Below are positions 19,086-28,608 of a stretch of DNA of 64,000 bases, one piece after another; position 1 is the stretch's first letter, and each line of letters starts with the position of its first letter. Under the pieces are notes generated by a model. That model saw only the letters and a program-made list of their open reading frames with translations, was not told where the DNA came from and made no database searches. The stretch is taken from the NCBI GenBank assembly GCA_043782405.1, contig JAYWAN010000086.1, positions 4,985 to 68,984 of the forward strand. The letters are read 5' to 3'. This DNA comes from Chitinophagaceae bacterium (GTDB taxonomy: Bacteria > Bacteroidota > Bacteroidia > Chitinophagales > Chitinophagaceae). The position numbers and the translations under genes are program-made.

Positions 19086-19086
19086 C
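19071..19086. promoter_or_regulatory. FNR-box-like palindrome, putative site for the adjacent regulator
   Basis: GTTAAT-GTAG-ATTAAC overlapping the crp stop codon, upstream of the M24 gene. Confidence 0.5.
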
Positions 19087-19139
19087 TTTTTAGTCATTTT
19101 GTTTTATTTTTTTTGTACTGGGGTTTAAATAAACCAAAA

Positions 19140-19808
19140 ATGAAAAAAGCAAAATTAGATAACGCGGAAAAAACTACGATCCGGCTATTTGAAGCTGTTG
19201 AAAAAGCCGGTTTAATTGTTGCAGGAAGATCAGAAGCACAACTTTCACTAGATGTTTGCAATTTAGCTGCCGAAAAATTTGAAATAAAAGACCATTGGCA
19301 CAAAAAAATTGTACGGGCAGGCAAAAATACCTTATGCGTTTATCCTGATAATCCCCCTGATAATATTATACAGGAAGATGATATTGTGATCTTAGATTTT
19401 GGGCCAATCATAGATGGTTACGAGGCCGATATAGGCAGAACTTATGTGATTGGCATGGATCCAAAAAAAATAAAAATTAAAGCTGATGTTGAAAAAGCAT
19501 GGTATGAAACACAGGCATGGTACAATAAACAAACAACTGTAAAGGCTGCTGACCTGTTTCAATACATCGTTGAAAAAGCAACGGAATACGGCTACACATT
19601 TGGCGGCGAAATTGCCGGCCATATTGTTGGGAAGTTTCCACACGAACAACCTTTAGATCCTAAAAGCCTGGAATTAGATGTGCATCCGGAAAACCATAAC
19701 GACATGTTTTTATTGGATGCCACTGGCAATAAAAGGCACTGGATAGTAGAGATACTTTTTATTGATAAAGAAAATAATATTGGCGGGTATTTTGAGCAAT
19801 TGATATAA
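19140..19808 (+). CDS. M24 family metallopeptidase (single pita-bread domain)
   Basis: LDFGP, EADIGRT, AGHIVG, FEQL metal ligands; ATG 19140. Confidence 0.85.
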   Translation: MKKAKLDNAEKTTIRLFEAVEKAGLIVAGRSEAQLSLDVCNLAAEKFEIKDHWHKKIVRAGKNTLCVYPDNPPDNIIQEDDIVILDFGPIIDGYEADIGRTYVIGMDPKKIKIKADVEKAWYETQAWYNKQTTVKAADLFQYIVEKATEYGYTFGGEIAGHIVGKFPHEQPLDPKSLELDVHPENHNDMFLLDATGNKRHWIVEILFIDKENNIGGYFEQLI

Positions 19809-19865
19809 CCAGATCAATTTGCTGCTAATGCTGGTCATTAACAATCAGCACGTTTATTAACTTCA

Positions 19866-20192
19866 TCACACCCACAACAAAATAAGTGTAAGCGCAATAC
19901 CTGCCAGTGTAAAGTAAAGCCCCTTTTTAAAAATACTTGTCTTTGGCATAAACATCCAGAAAGAAGAGATCACAAAGAACAGCAGTGATGCCGCAAAGAA
20001 AACATTCAAAAAGAACAAAGGCTGTTTGGTGCTGGCCTTGTGCAACTGGGTAAGCTTTTGCAGCATGGTTGGCAAGGTTTTAATAGAATACTGCACGTTA
20101 CCGGATGTTGAATCATAAGTTCCCTGCTTAAAGGATTTTACCGTTCCGTTCACCGCCGTTATTTTCAGGTCCTGTATGCGGATAGCCTTCCC
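19866..20192 (-). pseudogene. 5'-truncated PepSY-associated TM-helix-like membrane protein
   Basis: Frame reads GKAIRIQDLKITAVNGTVKSFKQGTYD...LTQLHKA...SSFWMF; this matches the C-terminal half of a Bacteroidota family as recalled; the N-terminal TM part is missing. Confidence 0.6.
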
Positions 20193-20292
20193 GCAGGAAC
20201 GGTAAAAGGATTTAAAGTTTATTTCAGGATCGGGCCGGGTGGGCTGAATGGAGGAAAATATTTTCTTACCTGATCTGTTTCAACCGTATCCT

Positions 20293-21573
20293 TTATTGTC
20301 CTGGCTTTACTTCTATTCCCGGTTGAACACTATATGCAGAAGGCCCGTTCATCACAGTGAATATTTTATTCAGTTGTGTGGTGATGGCTGTAATAGATGC
20401 CGTGCTTAAATTTTTATACATTGTATTTCCCGGTGGGAAACCAAAAACACTGTTGAAAGAATAAGTAGCATTTCCCCATGTACCTGCAGAAGGTGTGGTA
20501 TAATAAGTGGTAAAATCAAGCAGGTCCTTACTCTGTTTATCGTACTGCACCAATTTGAATCCGGGATTATTATCATGCTGCGGGGTGATGCCGGGTGCGC
20601 TTATCGCTATGGCGGTCATACGCGTTCCCGTTATATCATAGAGCCTTCTCAATTCATCCATGTGCGTGTGCCCGTAAAGGATACCTGCAATGGTATGTTG
20701 ATATTGGTCAACAATGGCGAGAAATCCGTTGAGCCAGGAATTTTGTTTATCAGGCAGCCGGGCCCACATGCCTGCATTATCGGGTGTTTTGGTATATTGG
20801 TATGCATCTATCCCCGGCGGGATATGCATGGCGATATATACTTTATCGCCTTTATCGGCAGCGTCTTTCAATTGGGCGTTTAACCACTTCAGCTGCCTGA
20901 TACCGTCATCTACCGGGTTGGTACCATCCACCGCTGTAAATTTCCTGGAGAATATTACCGTGTTCAATGCAATGATCCTTAACCCATCTATCGGCTTTGC
21001 AGAATAATAACCCATTGTTGGCTGTGTATTGGAAATCATGCAAGGTGCGGTATCGCCGCCTGGATTAATATTTAATGCAGGATAAGGATTTACCGATTCA
21101 GGGATAAGTGACAGCAAAGTATTTTGGCTGGAGTCGGCAAAGGAATAATAATTACCCGCAATGGCATCATTATTACCGGGCACATAAAACAGTGCGGTAT
21201 GATGTTTGGTAACAAGGTCACGTAAACCCGATAAGATGGCTGCCAGGTTAGTGTTATGGGTTTGCCGGGCATTTACCGGCAGGTAACAATTGCCCGAACA
21301 GGAATAATGAGCGGGCAGGTCGCCGGTATATACTACAAATTGAGGAGCATTGGTGCTACCAAGCAATGAATCGGCTTTTGTCAAAAATATTTTCCAAAGC
21401 CCAAGTCCTGTATCATTGCCATAACTGCTGCTGTCGGTGAATGTATCCAGGTGAATATCCGAGAGCAATAAAAAAGTTGGGTTGCCTGTTGTTGTTTGTA
21501 CCGTATGTTTATTTACGGAACAGGAACTGAACAATATTGTGACAGTAATAATAAGTAGGTTGGTTTTTTTCAT
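20293..21573 (-). CDS. Acid-sphingomyelinase/Ppn1-like metallophosphoesterase lipoprotein
   Basis: Lipobox FSSC; SDIHLD, TGD, GNND, HIPPG, GHTHMDE, PGITP..NNPGF. Confidence 0.82.
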   Translation of the reverse strand: MKKTNLLIITVTILFSSCSVNKHTVQTTTGNPTFLLLSDIHLDTFTDSSSYGNDTGLGLWKIFLTKADSLLGSTNAPQFVVYTGDLPAHYSCSGNCYLPVNARQTHNTNLAAILSGLRDLVTKHHTALFYVPGNNDAIAGNYYSFADSSQNTLLSLIPESVNPYPALNINPGGDTAPCMISNTQPTMGYYSAKPIDGLRIIALNTVIFSRKFTAVDGTNPVDDGIRQLKWLNAQLKDAADKGDKVYIAMHIPPGIDAYQYTKTPDNAGMWARLPDKQNSWLNGFLAIVDQYQHTIAGILYGHTHMDELRRLYDITGTRMTAIAISAPGITPQHDNNPGFKLVQYDKQSKDLLDFTTYYTTPSAGTWGNATYSFNSVFGFPPGNTMYKNLSTASITAITTQLNKIFTVMNGPSAYSVQPGIEVKPGQ

Positions 21574-21757
21574 ACCGGTCAGTTCAATTAAAAAATGAAT
21601 TTACAATTATTTCGGGCGATGCACTAATCCCCGGCCATGATCATTATGGAAATAAGGAACAGCATTTGAAAACCAAATGTTAACAGCACTTTGCCTGTTA
21701 TAAATAGCTGTAAGTTGCAGTGTTAATAATTTTATATAACCTATCAAGTATATCGTT

Positions 21758-22327
21758 ATGTCAGACATCAGCGAAACCATCCAGGAGCCCATCGAAGAAG
21801 CGGGTAAGAGTAAGATTAATTCAAGGGTTGCCTTGTTTGTTGCCATCACCGCAACCTTTATGGCGCTATGTAATGTTAAGGACGGGAATATTGTGCAGGC
21901 CATGTCGCAGGCACAGGCAAATGCCCTCAATGCCTGGTCTTATTTTGAAGCAAAGAGCACCAAACAATCCATTGCAGAAAATACACTGGAGTTATTGAAG
22001 CTGCAAAACAATCATGGCAATGACAGCAGTATAGCAAAGTTTGAAGCAACCGTTGCCCGGTATGAAAAAGAAAAAGGGGAGATCAAAGTAAAGGCCGAAG
22101 GGTTTCAAAAAGAATACGACGATATTAATCTTTTTGATGACCAGTTCGACATGACCGAAGCCCTGCTTACCATTTCCATTGCCATGTTTGGTATTACGGC
22201 ACTAACGCAAAAAAGATGGCTGCTTTATTTTGCCACTGTGGTAAGCCTGCTTGGTTTTATATTTGGGTTAACTGCATTTTTAAAGATCAGCCTGCATTCA
22301 GATTTTGTATCAAAGATTTTAGGTTGA
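21758..22327 (+). CDS. DUF4337 family membrane protein
   Basis: VALFVAITATFMA, NAWSYFEAKSTKQ, C-terminal TM pair. Confidence 0.8.
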   Translation: MSDISETIQEPIEEAGKSKINSRVALFVAITATFMALCNVKDGNIVQAMSQAQANALNAWSYFEAKSTKQSIAENTLELLKLQNNHGNDSSIAKFEATVARYEKEKGEIKVKAEGFQKEYDDINLFDDQFDMTEALLTISIAMFGITALTQKRWLLYFATVVSLLGFIFGLTAFLKISLHSDFVSKILG

Positions 22328-22466
22328 TCCGGGGCGTTGGAAAATACCTTTAACACGCTTTAATTGATAAAACATGAAAGTTTTTTCCATGCCTGGGGGA
22401 ATTGAATGGCTGTTGATACTCATGTTACTGTTTTTTGGATGCTGAGGCGAAAATAAAATCATCAAT

Positions 22467-22856
22467 ATGCTGATACCTGTTTTAATATATGCGATCTCAC
22501 TGATGAGTGTAACCGACACCGTTAAGCACCCGATAGACAGCCGGCTGGAGAGTTGCCTGTTAAATTCCTATGCAACTATGCCAAGGGCCCACTGTTACAA
22601 TAACGCTTACAATGCATGGGAAAATGATATTGCCGCAACAGAAAAAGCATTATTGGCAAAAGCGGGTGAAAAACAAAAGGTGGAAATTAAAGCCTGCCAG
22701 GCTGCCTGGGAAAAGCAAAGGGACGTGGCATTCAACAGGATCGCAGATGACTACAATAAAATGCGTGGAACTGCTTATATACCGGTGCGCATAAAATTAC
22801 GCATGGAGGTTCTGCGTAAAAGGGCTTTGCAACTGGAAAAAGAGTTGCTGGAATAG
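22467..22856 (+). CDS. Lysozyme inhibitor LprI (DUF1311) family protein
   Basis: Signal peptide, Cys pair, QAAWEKQRD, RKRALQL. Confidence 0.75.
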   Translation: MLIPVLIYAISLMSVTDTVKHPIDSRLESCLLNSYATMPRAHCYNNAYNAWENDIAATEKALLAKAGEKQKVEIKACQAAWEKQRDVAFNRIADDYNKMRGTAYIPVRIKLRMEVLRKRALQLEKELLE

Positions 22857-22962
22857 GTTTGGCCCGGCCGGTTTGGTCGGCACAAACCTCTACGAAAGGC
22901 AGGATACAGGGGATCTGCGGCTCCCAAATCACAAAAAATAGGGGTATTTTTATTTCCCGGGA

Positions 22963-22989
22963 TGCAACGGTACCCCAGGTACACTTGTC
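22963..22989 (+). promoter_or_regulatory. Putative autoregulatory ECF promoter
   Basis: TGCAAC-N17-TGTC, 17 nt before the ECF ATG. Confidence 0.4.
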
Positions 22990-23006
22990 AACCTAATAAC
23001 CCTTGT

Positions 23007-23564
23007 ATGGATCAGGAACAACTGATAAAGCAATGTTTAAAGAACCACAGGGCATCACAAAAACTATTGTACGATAAGTATAAAATGGTGATGCTTGGGG
23101 TTTGCTATAGGTATACCAAATCAGTTCATGATGCCGAAGATGTACTGCAGGAGGGCTTTATAAAGGTTTTTACCAAGCTGAAACAGTATAAGAATGAGGG
23201 TGAACTGGGCGCCTGGATCCGTCGTATCATGATCAACTCTGCCCTCAATTACCTTAAGAGAAATGCCAGGTTTCGGGAAGAAATTTCCAATAATAGCACA
23301 GATATGCACCCGGTTACCAATGATGATCCGCAGGTGCTGCTCAATGCAAAAGAACTGGCCGTACTTATCAGGCAATTGCCTGCAGGATACCAGACCATTT
23401 TTAACCTGCATGCGGTGGAAGGTTATACCCACCCCGAGATTGGCGAAATGCTGGGTATCACTGACAGCACTTCCCGTTCGCAGTATACAAGGGCAAGGGT
23501 GATGTTACTGAACTGGGTAAAAAATTATTATTTCGATTATAAAATGCAGGCTCATGCAAAATAG
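23007..23564 (+). CDS. ECF RNA polymerase sigma factor
   Basis: DAEDVLQEGFIKVF, AWIRRIMIN, LPAGYQTIFNLHAVEGYTHPEI; ATG 23007. Confidence 0.93.
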   Translation: MDQEQLIKQCLKNHRASQKLLYDKYKMVMLGVCYRYTKSVHDAEDVLQEGFIKVFTKLKQYKNEGELGAWIRRIMINSALNYLKRNARFREEISNNSTDMHPVTNDDPQVLLNAKELAVLIRQLPAGYQTIFNLHAVEGYTHPEIGEMLGITDSTSRSQYTRARVMLLNWVKNYYFDYKMQAHAK

Positions 23565-25086
23565 TAAATTCGAAAAGCAGGTTCAACAAAAAATGGACGA
23601 GCTGAAACTTATGCCATCAACCGGTGTATGGAGTAAAGTGGAAGCCGCATTGCCAAAAGAAAGGAAACGCCGTTGGGTGTTATTCTTTCTTTTATTCGCT
23701 GCTATATCAACAGCTGCCCTGCTATGGCTAAACAAGGATAATAATGCACCGGGAAAAAGCAATGGCCAGTTGGCACAACAAAACAACAATGGGCCAGTTA
23801 ATACCCGTGTTAATAACGATAACGAACAGACGAAAATAAATGAACCAATGAGCAACACGGGCTCAGTTACAGCAGAACCCGCTACTAATACAACCGTTAA
23901 TACTGCTACCCCTGTAGCCACAATTAATACCGCAAAGAGCTATACCCCCGCTGTTGCCAAGGCAAATGATAATGCAATAGCTGTTAGCAAAACGGGGGAT
24001 GATAAAACCGCCCTGGTAAAAAATACAACAGCCGATGCCACCCCTGTCAATCCCGGCAATGAAAAAGATTATATAGCAACTTTCCTGAAACAGCCAACTG
24101 TTGTGGAAACGGTAGCAAAAATGAAAACAACCGTGCAATCACCGGGTGTGGATGAAAATGAAAGAATAAACCCTTTAAGAAAAAATGACAGCAGGGAAAA
24201 CAGTAAAACGGATATCACCATAACGTCTCCTGTTGCAAATACCCTTTTAAATACATCGAAAGAAAAGGCAAATACACCGGAAGAGAAAACGAAGGCGAAG
24301 GAACTGGTCCTTGCAAAAGACAAGGCAGACAGTGCAAAGAATGGAGCCATTGCAAAAACACAAAACAATAAGAAAAAACAGCTTTGGCAATATAGCCTTC
24401 AGTTTGGCTTTGGTATACCTTATACCAAGAACGGGATCAATGATATTGCATTTACCACCAATACCTCCCCTTTGCTGCAAGCAGCCACGGTCAGCAATAT
24501 TACCTATAACCAGCCGGCTAAGCCTTCACCGGGCATGGTATTTCAAACGGGTATTACCATAGAAAAAAATATTGTAGGCAGGCTGGATATTAAAACCGGG
24601 CTTAGTTATACTTATCTTTCCAACCACATCAGGATCGGTAATAAGATCGATTCATTATCGGGCAATGGGGTGAGCACTTACAGTAACGACAATGCAATTA
24701 TCCCTATTAACAATACTGCCGTTAATCTTTACAACAATCATTTTCATTTTATCCAGTTGCCGCTGGCCTTGCAATACGCCGTTGTAAAAAAAGAACAATT
24801 TTCGCTATTCCTGGAAGGAGGTGCTTCACTTGATTACATGGCCAATTCCAACGCATTACTTTTTGATGGGGCTACCAACACTTATTCTACCAGTAAAAAT
24901 ATTTTTAACCGGATGCTCTATACCGGGCTTGGAGGAATAGGTGCAAAACTGGCGCAGCAAACAAGGATCCCCGTTACCATCGGATACCAGTTCAGTTATG
25001 GGCTTAACCCTTTCTTCAAGAATGCCGATACGCAGCAGCACCTGCCGGTGTCGCTTGTTTACTTTAGGTTTTATTTGGGCAGGTAA
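23554..25086 (+). CDS. Putative anti-sigma factor with C-terminal outer-membrane beta-barrel (PorT-like)
   Basis: Overlaps the ECF stop; N-terminal FEKQVQQKM..PSTGVWSKV, one TM helix, long T/N/K-rich linker, C-terminal amphipathic strands. Confidence 0.7.
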   Translation: MQNSKFEKQVQQKMDELKLMPSTGVWSKVEAALPKERKRRWVLFFLLFAAISTAALLWLNKDNNAPGKSNGQLAQQNNNGPVNTRVNNDNEQTKINEPMSNTGSVTAEPATNTTVNTATPVATINTAKSYTPAVAKANDNAIAVSKTGDDKTALVKNTTADATPVNPGNEKDYIATFLKQPTVVETVAKMKTTVQSPGVDENERINPLRKNDSRENSKTDITITSPVANTLLNTSKEKANTPEEKTKAKELVLAKDKADSAKNGAIAKTQNNKKKQLWQYSLQFGFGIPYTKNGINDIAFTTNTSPLLQAATVSNITYNQPAKPSPGMVFQTGITIEKNIVGRLDIKTGLSYTYLSNHIRIGNKIDSLSGNGVSTYSNDNAIIPINNTAVNLYNNHFHFIQLPLALQYAVVKKEQFSLFLEGGASLDYMANSNALLFDGATNTYSTSKNIFNRMLYTGLGGIGAKLAQQTRIPVTIGYQFSYGLNPFFKNADTQQHLPVSLVYFRFYLGR

Positions 25087-25165
25087 TATCTGGATCAACC
25101 GGAAGTTTAAATAATTAAATATTTTATCCGGCTTCCAGCGAAGGATAATTTAATTTACAGCTGTT

Positions 25166-25198
25166 ATAAAAAGGCCTGCCTATACAAAGGCAGGCCTT
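25166..25198 (-). terminator. Intrinsic terminator (minus strand)
   Basis: Perfect 11-bp stem AAGGCCTGCCT/AGGCAGGCCTT with an A-run on the left. Confidence 0.7.
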
Positions 25199-25208
25199 AC
25201 TGCTATAG

Positions 25209-25433
25209 CTAGGCTACAAGTTTTTTGGCAACAACCACTTTTTCATTCGAGTCCTGTTTTTGCGTATGGAAGCCCCAGTTACCATTGCGCCTTACACCAA
25301 TCAATATTGCACGAAAACCAATATAATCCGATGCACCATATACTCTTTTCCCTTCGTTAGCAAGCCTGTTACGCAATGCAATCCCGGTTTCACCACCTTT
25401 GGGTGGCTGCAGGTGAAAGGTTGTTTTAGCAGT
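25209..25433 (-). pseudogene. Start-less 74-codon frame / gene remnant
   Basis: Open frame TAKTTFHLQPPKGGETG...KKLVA* ends 10 nt before the terminator; ATG at 25443 is out of frame. Confidence 0.35.
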
Positions 25434-25520
25434 TCAATTTCATAAATATAAAAAAGTCATTTTTCACCAAGCAGTTTATGATCTTTGGAGGGATATTGCA
25501 GTAACATAAAATATAAGTCT

Positions 25521-26447
25521 ATGAAAAGAATAAAAGCAATCTCACTTTTATTGCTGTTATTAATTCTTGTTCTTGTAACTGGGGCGCAAAATGGTTCTGC
25601 CGCTACCAAAACAGCCGATTCATTATTCATGGCAGGCAATTGGGTAATGGCAAAGCAGGCATACGAGTCAATATTAAAAGATACTACCCAAAACAGCCTT
25701 GCCTGGAACCGCCTTGGTTTTACCAATTATAATCTTAAAAATTATAGCGCAGCCATAAAGTATTATCAAAAGTCTCTTTCACAAAACCCGCCCATCGGCC
25801 TTAAGGCCATTGTATATGCAAGAATGGCCAGGGTACATGCATTGCAGCGTAATAAAGAAACTGCATTTATGGAACTGGACAGTGCGGTAAGCCTTGGATA
25901 CAGTAATGTGAACGAATTGGATACCCTCGCAGATTATAGCAGCATAAGAAGTGAAAGTTATTTTAAACATATAAGAGACCAGGTGTATATTAATGCCAAT
26001 CCCTGTATGGCAAATGCACATGCAAGGGAATTTGATTTTTGGTTAGGGGAATGGGATGTGTATGCCGCCGGAACAAAACAGGTGGTGGGGCATAGCCTTA
26101 TTCAGTTGATCGCTGGCGGTTGTGCGCTTTTAGAAAACTGGGAGAGCCCGGGCAGCAATGGAAAGAGTATCAATTTTATTGACCCGGTAACCAATAAATG
26201 GAAACAGTCCTGGGCCGGTAATTATGCAAACGGGATACAGGAATTTGTAAATGGCGAATACAGGGACGGTGCTATGCGTTTTAGTTTTGAAACAAAAGAT
26301 GCAAAAGGGAATAAACTGATGGGGCACTTTGCTTTTTTTAATGAAGCACCCGGCCAGGTAAGGCAATTCAATGAAACTTCCGCTGATGGTGGAAAAACAT
26401 GGACCACCAATTACAATTTTACTTACTTAAAGAAAAAATATAATTAA
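25521..26447 (+). CDS. Secreted TPR protein with C-terminal DUF1579-like beta domain
   Basis: Signal peptide, TPR (AWNRLGFTNYNLK), REFDFWLGEWDV, SADGGKTW. Confidence 0.75.
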   Translation: MKRIKAISLLLLLLILVLVTGAQNGSAATKTADSLFMAGNWVMAKQAYESILKDTTQNSLAWNRLGFTNYNLKNYSAAIKYYQKSLSQNPPIGLKAIVYARMARVHALQRNKETAFMELDSAVSLGYSNVNELDTLADYSSIRSESYFKHIRDQVYINANPCMANAHAREFDFWLGEWDVYAAGTKQVVGHSLIQLIAGGCALLENWESPGSNGKSINFIDPVTNKWKQSWAGNYANGIQEFVNGEYRDGAMRFSFETKDAKGNKLMGHFAFFNEAPGQVRQFNETSADGGKTWTTNYNFTYLKKKYN

Positions 26448-26485
26448 GTAGAGGACTTATTTAGCGGGAGATCACCGGATCGTCA

Positions 26486-27433
26486 CTATACTATAGTAAC
26501 AGCAGGGCCCTTTTTAATAAAGGATTGCTGGTATTTTTCGGGGGAATACTTATTATGTTTTTTAAACAGCCTGCTGAAAGAAGAAAGGTCGCTGTAACCA
26601 ACCTGTATGCAGATATCGGAAACGGATTGATCACTCTTTTTTTCAAGCAATCGCCTTGCTGCCTCCATCCTTTTTACAATAATATACTGACCGGGGGTTA
26701 TTTTGAAATATTTTTTAAATTGCCGTAACAAATAAGACTTGTTCAACAAACATACATTCGCCAGGTCCTGCAAGCTAATTTCTTTTGTGTAGCAGGAATC
26801 AATAAAATCTTTCGCCCGGTGAAGCCTTTTATACAATTCCAGCCGGGTGGCATGTTTTATTGCCTGCACATTTTTTATCTCCTCCTTGCAGGTTATTTGC
26901 TTAAAGGCCAGGCGTTCAAAAAGTAAAAAATAAAGTTCTTCGATCTGGTTTATATTTTCATCGAAACCGTCTTTGGTAAGCGCTAACAGCTGAAAGATCA
27001 CCGGGCTTACTGCATTGTCATGCGCATATAATTTTTCAATAAATTCTATATTATTCCGGTTACTGAAATTGTTGAAATTAGTGAGCAATGTTTCATCGGG
27101 TTCAATAATACTTTCCATCAGCTCTTTTACAAAGAGGGGAGAAAAATTAATGGTAAAGGATTCAACTGAGGAGTCGGCATCTATAAAACTGCTGTAGTTA
27201 TTCCCATCATTGATCACAAGATAATTTTCATCATTAACCGCATACAGGCAATTATTGAGTCCATAAAATTCACTGCCTGTAAAAGCACATTTAACAGACA
27301 AGGGCCCCCAGTGCACGGGATAACTAACATTACTGGACCTGGCATGAATGATCACATTGGCCGATTTGAATTGACGGTTGTATGATTCCATATCAAATCC
27401 TTTCCCGAAAAAATCCGGGAAAGCGTTGATCAT
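26486..27433 (-). CDS. AraC family transcriptional regulator
   Basis: C-terminal double HTH (SLQDLANVC..YLLRQFKK; SVSDICIQVGYSDLSSFSRLFKK); start 27433 or 27457. Confidence 0.9.
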   Translation of the reverse strand: MINAFPDFFGKGFDMESYNRQFKSANVIIHARSSNVSYPVHWGPLSVKCAFTGSEFYGLNNCLYAVNDENYLVINDGNNYSSFIDADSSVESFTINFSPLFVKELMESIIEPDETLLTNFNNFSNRNNIEFIEKLYAHDNAVSPVIFQLLALTKDGFDENINQIEELYFLLFERLAFKQITCKEEIKNVQAIKHATRLELYKRLHRAKDFIDSCYTKEISLQDLANVCLLNKSYLLRQFKKYFKITPGQYIIVKRMEAARRLLEKKSDQSVSDICIQVGYSDLSSFSRLFKKHNKYSPEKYQQSFIKKGPAVTIV

Positions 27434-27729
27434 ATTATAATTTCTGTCGAAACTCATAACGTCTGCAAGGTTGGGGTAAACCGCTTGTTTACAAAGTTTA
27501 GGCTTTAGGATGGATATGGGTATGCAATAATGATAAACGGTTAGCAGGAAATATTTACCCCTGTTTTTGTCAGATGCCATTTGTATACTTTCTTCCTCCA
27601 GGGAAAATAAAGATATGTTCTATCGGGGTTACCCGTTGCTTTTCGGCTGGTTTGGTTTACTAGTTTATTACTCGAATTATCTGTAACTTTCCTGTCAGTA
27701 AAACCACTGTGAATATTCTTCTTTAAACA

Positions 27730-28437
27730 ATGATGGAGCATTTACCCATATACATTCCCGTTATTTTTGGGCTTACCACGCTCGCCACCCTACTATTGTT
27801 CTTTGCCGTAGTTAAAAATTCTCCTGCAGGCTCCAAAGCAAATAATATCCTGATCGGCCTGATTGTATGGCTCATTATACAGGCTGTTTTAACATTGCAG
27901 CATGTGTACAGCTCCAATACCCATTCCTTCCCGCCCAAAATTTTTCTTTTGGGAGTTTTGCCGGCAATACTCACCATAGTTTTTTTATTTGTCACCAAAG
28001 GGGGAAGAAATTTTATCGATCATTTGCCTTTACTGCAACTCACGTGGTTAAATGTCATTCGTATACCGGTGGAGCTTGTTCTGTATTGTTTGTTTTTAAA
28101 TAAAGCGGTTCCGGAACTAATGACTTTTGCGGGACGAAACTTTGATATCCTTGCGGGGATTACAGCCCCATTCATTGCTTATTTCGGTTTTACCAGGCAA
28201 AACTTGGGCAGGGGCCTGGTATTAGTATGGCATTTTATTGCGTTAGCGCTGCTGGCGAATATCGTAATCATTGCTTTATTGTCGGCTCCATTCTCTATTC
28301 AGCAATTTGCTTTCAACCAGCCAAATATTGCCATCCTCTATTTCCCGGTGAGCTGGTTGCCCACTTTTATTGTACCCATTGTTTTAGTGGGACATCTTGT
28401 ATGCATACGGCAGTTACTAAAAAGTAAAAAATCCTGA
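27730..28437 (+). CDS. Multi-pass membrane protein of unknown function
   Basis: About 7 hydrophobic segments; RIPVE, GRNFDILAG, WLPTFIVP..H. Confidence 0.8.
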   Translation: MMEHLPIYIPVIFGLTTLATLLLFFAVVKNSPAGSKANNILIGLIVWLIIQAVLTLQHVYSSNTHSFPPKIFLLGVLPAILTIVFLFVTKGGRNFIDHLPLLQLTWLNVIRIPVELVLYCLFLNKAVPELMTFAGRNFDILAGITAPFIAYFGFTRQNLGRGLVLVWHFIALALLANIVIIALLSAPFSIQQFAFNQPNIAILYFPVSWLPTFIVPIVLVGHLVCIRQLLKSKKS

Positions 28438-28608
28438 CATTCCGCAAGGGTTTAAATTTTTAAGGGTACGTCATGGTTCAGGTTTGCGAACCGTTTATCA
28501 AAACAATTTTTTCGGGGTCTTTTCCAATACACACGGCTTTTATCAACGGTAATGACCGGGTCGGCAGGTGTTGGAGTTTCTTTGTATATTTAATTTCAAC
28601 TTATAGAT

